Below are positions 56,846-64,000 of a stretch of DNA of 64,000 bases, one piece after another (the stretch's first letter is position 1; each line of letters begins with the position of its first letter). The DNA is from an uncultured Nitrososphaeraceae archaeon (GTDB taxonomy: Archaea; Thermoproteota; Nitrososphaeria; Nitrososphaerales; Nitrososphaeraceae). The position numbers and the translations under genes are program-made. The notes below the pieces were generated by a model. It worked only from the letters and a program-made list of their open reading frames with translations, did not search any database and was not told where the DNA came from. The DNA lies in the NCBI GenBank assembly GCA_963825865.1, contig CAWGVG010000021.1, forward strand, positions 32,001 to 96,000. The letters run 5' to 3'.

Positions 56846-56977
56846 GTTACGCTTGAGTTTCGCCGCATGCAGGACAAATACGCGAGATTTTCGACATTTT
56901 TGCTCCACATTCAAGGCAGTACTTGGTCGAATTATAGAGTCCTGAACCATGCCAAGAGATTTATTATCTATTGACAT
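56846..56977 (-). CDS. Small zinc-ribbon protein (frameshifted 5' end)
   Basis: KYCLECGAKMSKISRICPACGETQA*. Confidence 0.5.
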
Positions 56978-57239
56978 AATAATTCAAGATTAACTATATA
57001 TTTAAATGCACTTGCAAAGTCTTGTAACAATAATATTTATCTCGGAAATATGACGAATTCCTTAATATAATTAGAGAAGATGTGAATACTACTTAAAAAT
57101 TTATGAAACTCGTAGATTGCTGCTCACTCATGTATGATTGCTGCCCTGCCTGCTATGGAAATGTTGTAGGCATCAACATCGGATTTCTGGCAAATGATTT
57201 AATGCAAAATTTGTTTGAAGATTTCTCTTAGTGACCCCA

Positions 57240-57963
57240 TCAATCAAATTGCAAATATGTCTGACGCTTTACCTGGTCAATTACCATGACAGAAAGCTCA
57301 CTGAATTCTCTTCCTTCCAAGTCACTGACTTTGCCTTTGAAGACAGTTTCTTTATTCTCTTTCGTTAGGTGTTCAAAAACCCAACTTTTAAGATTTGAAG
57401 TATCAATCCCATTTTTTTTTAAGAAAATTGCAATGTCAGACTGCATAAAGTTTCTTAGAGGGTCTCTAGGCCACGGTCGTGGCAGCAAAATTACACTTTT
57501 CTTATCCATTACAGCTTTGATCAATTCCAATTTTTTTTGCTCAATATCACCCGTTACATGGAAAGTAACTATATGTGCTTTGTCAAGTGGCACCCTGGAT
57601 TTTGCTGCTCCAATCTGAATTGAACTAATACCTGGAATAATTTCCACATTGTCGTCCCCAAATAATTCTAACAACCTATCAACTACTTCAGATTCGGAAA
57701 AATTTACGTCGCCTGTAAAGGGTACAGTTACAACAATCGTTATCCTTCATTACTGTATATGTATCTTGATAGACGTCCTCTTGATTCTTCATGGTGACCT
57801 CTGAAATCTTTTGCATGCTTTTATCAACTACGCCTTCAATGATCATAAGAGCATATCTATATCCTACAACATAGCGGGATTTATGGATGGCGTCTTTAGC
57901 CGCGTCAGTCAAATATTTTGGCGAGCCAGGGCCTACCCCAATAACAAATAGCTTCTTTGACAA
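57240..57963 (-). CDS. cbiE: Precorrin-6Y/cobalt-precorrin-7 C5-methyltransferase (indels)
   Basis: IGVGPGSP.YLT, TGD..F, IIPGISSIQI.AA. Confidence 0.85.
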
Positions 57964-58198
57964 TTACAGTACACAGACATGATATGAAGAAGGGTCATAA
58001 ATTCTTGTGCAGTATGTGCGAATGCCTGTAACTAAAGAGAAATCTCTTGTTTCCCTTAGACTTTTCATTAATATCTCTATTCATATCATATTTGTCATAA
58101 GAACAGTTCTCTAAATCGTGTTACGCGATAATTAGAACAAATGCCCTTCTGCATTATTAATGGTTTTCCTCTTCTATTGTTTTTTAATTTTTCATACT

Positions 58199-58786
58199 CT
58201 ATATAGAAGTTTTAAAAAGGTTGATGAGAGGATTCCAGTCCACATGCTGAAATTCAATTGGATCTTTTGCAGGATACTTTACCCAGCCTTTAACAATTGA
58301 AAACTTGTAGTTTTTTGATTTATCTACCATCTTAACCTTAACTTTAAGTAGTGTCCCCCAGCGTTTCTCTTCAGAGGTAATATCTAAAATCTGGCTAAAC
58401 ACAATCTCACGGTTTTCATCAGACTTATCAAGATCATTTTCTAAATCCTTCACCTTATATCCCTCCAAAGGACGGAATACATTTTCATCTTCCTTGAATC
58501 GTTCAAGTTGTCTTCTGGAGTACACATCGTGTATTCGATAAGTCATATTTGTTTTTGTAATAAAAGCAATGCGTCTATCAGTAATAACAAGCATACCTTC
58601 CTTGCCTCTTTTCATAAAACCCTCCTCTTCGCCCCATACCCAAACTAGATGGGCCTTGATTTGCTCGTCCCAGCCTATCAATATGTCTATACAAATCTTT
58701 TGTATGATTAAAAACTGTTCTCGTCGTCTTGATGGGGAAGAATCAGTAGATGTAACGTTAAATCTTGAACTCAGTTCTGTGCTCAT
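58199..58786 (-). CDS. Hypothetical protein with PH-like beta segment
   Basis: EGMLVITDRRIAF. Confidence 0.6.
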   Translation of the reverse strand: MSTELSSRFNVTSTDSSPSRRREQFLIIQKICIDILIGWDEQIKAHLVWVWGEEEGFMKRGKEGMLVITDRRIAFITKTNMTYRIHDVYSRRQLERFKEDENVFRPLEGYKVKDLENDLDKSDENREIVFSQILDITSEEKRWGTLLKVKVKMVDKSKNYKFSIVKGWVKYPAKDPIEFQHVDWNPLINLFKTSI

Positions 58787-59122
58787 ATAGCAAATCTGTT
58801 TGTTAATTTTTTAATCTATCTTTGTCACGTGAGATGTTCTCGTTTATGTACATTTTGTACCTTGTTATTCTGGAACATACTTGAGCTTTGGTCTTGGGTA
58901 ATTAGTACATGGCATCAATAAAGTATGTCAGAAAGTCTTTTTACTTCCTCTATTGCCGTCAACAATAATTCTATTATTAAAGAATGATTAGATATTTTGC
59001 CGTTATTAAGCAAATCCATAGGATTTAGCAACTGGAGAGTTGATTCTATTATTTGTTATCGTTGTATACATGCATCATTAATATATTCTATTTGCAATTT
59101 TAGTGAATTATAGTAATAGTCA

Positions 59123-59644
59123 ATGACTAAGATAGGTGACACCTACCGATGGATTTATGGACGTGTGGTAAACAGACCCACCAATTTTAGCTGGGTTATT
59201 AAAGGTAAACTTGCTGGAAGTGGTATGCCTGTGACTTATTCTCAATTTGTATGGGTGGTTACACATGGTATCAAAACGATAGTTACTGTAAGAGAAGTGC
59301 CATTACCATCAAAATGGTTTACTGCTGATAATATCAATAGTGTTGATTATTTTCATCTAAAAGTAGAAGATTACGGTGCTCCTTCTATCGAAGAAATGGA
59401 CAATACAGTTGACTTTATCCAACGACAGATAGCTAATGAAGAACCAGTTATGGTTCACTGCGCTGCTGGTAGAGGAAGAACTGGAACTATATTAGCCGCT
59501 TACCTCCTCAAAGAAGAGAACTTGACATCTGATCAAGCAATCAAGAAAATAAGGAAGATCCGCCCTGGATCTATTCAATCAGATCGACAAGAAATGGTGA
59601 TTTCTATGTATGAAAAATACCTAAAAGACGACGAAAAGGATTAA
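59123..59644 (+). CDS. Dual-specificity protein phosphatase
   Basis: VHCAAGRGRTG (CX5R), RPGSIQ. Confidence 0.92.
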   Translation: MTKIGDTYRWIYGRVVNRPTNFSWVIKGKLAGSGMPVTYSQFVWVVTHGIKTIVTVREVPLPSKWFTADNINSVDYFHLKVEDYGAPSIEEMDNTVDFIQRQIANEEPVMVHCAAGRGRTGTILAAYLLKEENLTSDQAIKKIRKIRPGSIQSDRQEMVISMYEKYLKDDEKD

Positions 59645-59871
59645 ACTAAAAAATTTATGTGATTATTTTAAAACCAAGCACTGGCAAAAATAGTGATAAT
59701 ATATCTTCCTGTATTATAAGTAAAATAGCCTATTCAGTAAGATAAAGTAACTACATGAGCTGGATTTGGTGTTATGTATTTTTTATTTATTTATACCACT
59801 AAGAAAACAAAATTTAAGCTTATAAATTTAAAAAAAGGAATTTTTAGGACTTTTTTCTTGGGATGATGATG

Positions 59872-60165
59872 TTAACCTTCTTCCCAGCCCTTTACAAACA
59901 CTGCGTTCTTCTTTAATGGAATCGGTTGTCCTGGTGTATAATCCATTGGTCTCATCCAGAATATTGCCTTTGTTGGGCAAACACCAATACACGCTCCATC
60001 GGAGATACATCGCTCTGGATAGAATACAAAGGCTTTACCTCTCTTCCATCCTTCTACTGGCTTTACTCTCAATACATCTGGACCAAGAGCAGTGCAAATT
60101 TCTACACATAGGGCACAGCCAATACAGTGTTGTTCGCTAATATCCGGAATTATTGCGACTGGCAT
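59872..60165 (-). CDS. 4Fe-4S ferredoxin
   Basis: CIGCALCVEIC and CISDGACIGVCP. Confidence 0.92.
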   Translation of the reverse strand: MPVAIIPDISEQHCIGCALCVEICTALGPDVLRVKPVEGWKRGKAFVFYPERCISDGACIGVCPTKAIFWMRPMDYTPGQPIPLKKNAVFVKGWEEG

Positions 60166-60656
60166 CTATTTCACTACATTCGATCCATGTTGAAACTATT
60201 TAAACCCTATGCCTGCTGTATAACAGTGATATAAAATTCGTTTTACTTTAAACGGTTTAAACGGAGGTATGAGGCAGAATTGCTGTATCTTACTCTACAT
60301 TTCTGAAATAGCAATAAAACGAAATAATGGGATAACTCATTCTGATCACCACATTTGTATAGAACCTAAAAAGCCTCTTCTACCTCCTGATGATTATATG
60401 TCCCGTAGACCTTGAGAAAAAACAGTAATTATAAAACATTAGTCATTGCAGATAGGTGTTATATGATTCATAAAGCATTATTAATCTGCTTAAAACATAC
60501 TATTTCGCTGCCTACCGCGAAAATTCTATATGATTGAATCCTGATTCTTATAAATTACGAACGTATCATGTAATAAGTAGGCTAGTAGAGGTACATGTGA
60601 GTTGTCTTAACTAAACAAAGAAGCAGACTTTTATATTTACAGCAGAAAAGATTTTC

Positions 60657-61924
60657 ATGTCATATTCCAACTTTTCGAAAATGAGCTTTGACATTTCTGA
60701 AGAGCAGAAAAAGTTTTTGAAGGTAGTAGACAGCACATGCAAGTCAATACGTTCCTATGAAGAAAAATGCTACCTTGAGGAAAAGTCAAATGAAAGGGTA
60801 ATTCCAGAATTTGGAAAAATTGGAATGCTTGGCTGTCCTATATCTACCAAATACGGTGGTTTGGGATTTGATATTCTCACATATGCTCTTGCAATCGAAA
60901 GAATAGGCAAAGAAGGGAGTTCTTTGCGAACCTTCTTTTCAGCTCATACCTCCATAGGTCAAATGGTTCTTCAAGGCTGGGCAACCGAGGAACAAAAGAA
61001 AGAATATCTTCCAAAAACCTCCGATGGCCGAAGTGTCATGGCCTTTGCACTTACAGAGCCTACAGCAGGCAGCAACCCTTCATCTATGATTACAAAATTT
61101 GAAGATAAAGGTGACCACTATGTCTTGAAAGGAAAAAAACATTGGATTGGCAATGGTACGTTTGCTACCATCATGACAACTTATGCAAAAGAAAATGGTG
61201 GCGATAGCCACAATGGAAAAGTATCCGCATTTATCGTCAATGGAGATTCTCTTGGCATGCGAACAGAAGAAATGAAGGACAAGTTAGGGTTATTAACTGT
61301 CAAAAATGCAGAAGTTTATTTTGACAATTGCATTGTTCCAAAGAAGAATTTGCTTGGACAAAAAGGTCAAGGGTTGAACATTGCATACAGCGCATTAATA
61401 GATGGTAGACTTAGCGTAGCTGCAGGTGCAGTAGGAGTAATGAGAGATTGTTTGAAGGAATCAGTTATATATTCAAAAATAAGGGAACAACATGGCTCCT
61501 TGCTAGCTAAAAAACAACTAATACAAGAGCATATTGCCAGAATGGCCGTAAACATAGAAAGTTCTCGCTGGTTAGTATACTGTGCAGCTCGGCAAGACAA
61601 AAGCTTCATGATTATGTCGAACAGTTCAAGACAGAAGATGATGAATGGCAATCGAAATTGAACAAAAGTAACAAGGAGTATTCGATATTAAGGAATGAGG
61701 CAGACAGATTGGCGGCCATTGCGAAATTTCATTCAAGCAATTCTGCGTTTGATTCAGCTAATAGGGCCGTTCAAATTTTTGGATCTTTTGCATATAGAAA
61801 GACAAGTAGGGTAGCAAGACACTTTTTAGATTCACGCGCAATTATGATATATGAAGGAGCAAATGAAGTACTTGAACTAAAAATGGCATCACAAATTCTT
61901 GGAGAAGATTATAGATCTTTCTAG
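60657..61924 (+). CDS. Acyl-CoA dehydrogenase (one frameshift)
   Basis: AFALTEP.AGS, G.K.WI.NG, GRL.VAA, IYEGANE. Confidence 0.92.
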
Positions 61925-62418
61925 TATCAATGTATCTGCTACTACCTATTACCCTAACACTTCTTATTACTGCAACAATGCTTCATTCATTATTGCTTAT
62001 CATTATTGTACCTCCTCTCCCATTATTAGCATACCTACTGAAAAACTAACAAATACTTCCGATATAGAACTAGAGAAATTCCTTTCGGCAAAAGTATTGT
62101 AATATACTACCAATGAAAAAGAAAAATGGTGGGAAAAAGCTCAAGCCTTGTCACCTTCTATTTACAGACTACTGTCATCAAAGACGTCAAATATATCGAG
62201 TCTTAATCTCATCAAGTTAGGCGTCGCGAAAAAAGATAACAATGGTGAATTATGTTATTGTAGAAATTGTTAGTATCTTAAGCAAGTAAACTGGTAATAA
62301 CATGTTTGAATATGTCCTTTTGATATCTATTATAGACATTTGTGCAAATGATTCAACAAAGAAGGTATAAAGTGTATGAACAAGTTAATTATATCGCTTT
62401 TATGGAAATATACAATAA

Positions 62419-63099
62419 ATGCAACTTATAAGGAAACTGGAGATACAATCTAAGAAGAAGGTCATTGAATTTCTAAACAGCCAGCCTGTAGGCAGGATAG
62501 CATCAATAGATGCTAATGGCTATCCAGAGGTGATACCAATGAATTTTGTTTATGTAAAAGCAGACGACCCACGCGTTGATACACACTGCACAATAGATTT
62601 AGATGCAATTTATATGCATTCTCATCCTTTAGGTGAAAAACTTGACAATATTAAAAGAAATTCACAAGTCGGATTCGAAGTTGATCAGCATATCTGCTTT
62701 TTACCGTCATACTATTTTCATCCTACTGATGCGTCACAAGCTGATACTCTTTACATAAGTATAGTTATCAAAGGAAATGCATTGATTGCTGAAGATAATA
62801 AAGAGAAAGCAAAGGCACTCAATGCCCTAATGCAAAAATACCAGAAAGAGGGAAAATATGAAACACTTGACTTCTATATGCCATCCGTCCACGAGGTCAC
62901 AGTGATCAAGATAATTCCAAAAGAAATGCGAGGTAAATATAAAGTAGGTCAACACTGGGCTCCTGCTTATAGATTAAAAATAGCTAAAAATATTATTGAA
63001 AGAGAAGGAAAGGAGCAAGCGAAACAGAGCCTTGAAATTATGGGAATAATGGTTTTGCCCAATGGTAACTTAAAGATAAAAGAAGAACCGTCAATGTAA
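62419..63099 (+). CDS. Pyridoxamine 5'-phosphate oxidase-like flavin-binding protein
   Basis: VGRIAS..GYP..IPMNF, IYMHS...GEKLDNI..N..VGFEVD. Confidence 0.85.
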   Translation: MQLIRKLEIQSKKKVIEFLNSQPVGRIASIDANGYPEVIPMNFVYVKADDPRVDTHCTIDLDAIYMHSHPLGEKLDNIKRNSQVGFEVDQHICFLPSYYFHPTDASQADTLYISIVIKGNALIAEDNKEKAKALNALMQKYQKEGKYETLDFYMPSVHEVTVIKIIPKEMRGKYKVGQHWAPAYRLKIAKNIIEREGKEQAKQSLEIMGIMVLPNGNLKIKEEPSM

Positions 63100-63100
63100 T

Positions 63101-64000
63101 TGAGGCTTGGGCATAATTCCAGATTCGTATTTTTGGCAATGTCTATTGATGAATTAGGATAAAGCTATCCTTTGAGTGTTTGAATTTGTGATGAAACATA
63201 ATCAAACATTCCCAAAGGATAGCATATGGTAGTAGTAAATGTGAATCTATCCTTTTTAGTATTCTGTATTTGATAGGATTGATACCATGGTCAGAATCAC
63301 AAAAAAAGATGAAAAGAAGGAGAAGAAGGGGCAGACCGTATGTCTATTCACCTAGCATAATTCTGAGATGTTTCATAGTAAGACTATGGTTTAGACTGGA
63401 TTCTAACAATGCATTACATAAATTCCTAGAATTGGATTATCCTTACAATAAGAAGATAATGAAAAGATGTGGTCTGAGCCAAATACCAGATAGACGAACA
63501 TTTGACAGACGACTTAAGACCATATCCATAGACATCAAGGAAAGGATTGCTGTCATGACCTGCCTGTTTGTATGCGAAAAGATGATAGATCCATACATTG
63601 TTGCAATAGATAGCACCTTACTCAAGGCCAAAGGATCTGTCTGGCACAAATCATCTATGGAGAATGGAATAGTACCACGTTCAGGTATTGATACTGATGC
63701 AAGGTGGGGATTCAGTCATACTAAAGGATGGATATTTGGTTACAAACTACATATGATATCAAGTACTGGTTTGACTATATTACCATTAGCAGCTGATTTT
63801 ACAACTGGCAACATACAGGATAACCAGATGTACAATCCAATGACATCGTCATCAATGACTACAACTTCTACTATACCAGAAGAAAAAATATGTTACATGA
63901 TAGGCGATTCTGGTTATGATGATCAAAAACTATATGATCTTAGCATAAACAGAGGATTTGAACTGATATGTCCAGTACAGAGGTATGAACATACTCCTGC
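63101..64000 (+). mobile_element. DDE (IS4/IS5-like) insertion sequence running off the window
   Basis: Left end TGAGGCTTGGGCATAATT; transposase GRPYVYSP, RRTFDRRL, AIDSTLLKA, WIFGYKLH, GDSGYD. Confidence 0.85.

Overview
AT-rich chromosomal window from an ammonia-oxidising-archaeon-type genome. Gene content and protein style point to soil Nitrososphaerales; this is inferred from sequence only. The assembly has many single-base indels, even in essential genes (DP1, DP2, cdc6, thermosome), so split ORFs are mostly read as errors. Right half (about 27-63 kb) is core genome: tRNA-Ser(GCT), thermosome, prpB-like, ahbAB, sufC, glyA, PolD DP2/DP1, GGGP synthase, cdc6 with an ORB-containing oriC, cbiE, ferredoxin, acyl-CoA dehydrogenase. 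Left half (1-27 kb) is accessory. The top candidate for a new system is at 1-7.05 kb: a tyrosine-integrase element with a complete replication operon (RHH repressor, Cys/His microprotein, an apparently single ~1,600-codon PrimPol-primase/SF3-like helicase/family-B polymerase, and a phage-type SSB). A symmetric array of 9-bp AYCTCCACY iterons lies inside the helicase-polymerase linker. A second, orphan copy of that array at 12.3 kb precedes an HTH/coiled-coil gene, suggesting a non-autonomous satellite. Also present: two near-identical IS5 copies, an IS481, two pieces of another DDE IS family, three wHTH paralogues (two with periodic GATC promoter arrays), a tRNA att-like scar and an OSTC/DC2-like membrane protein.
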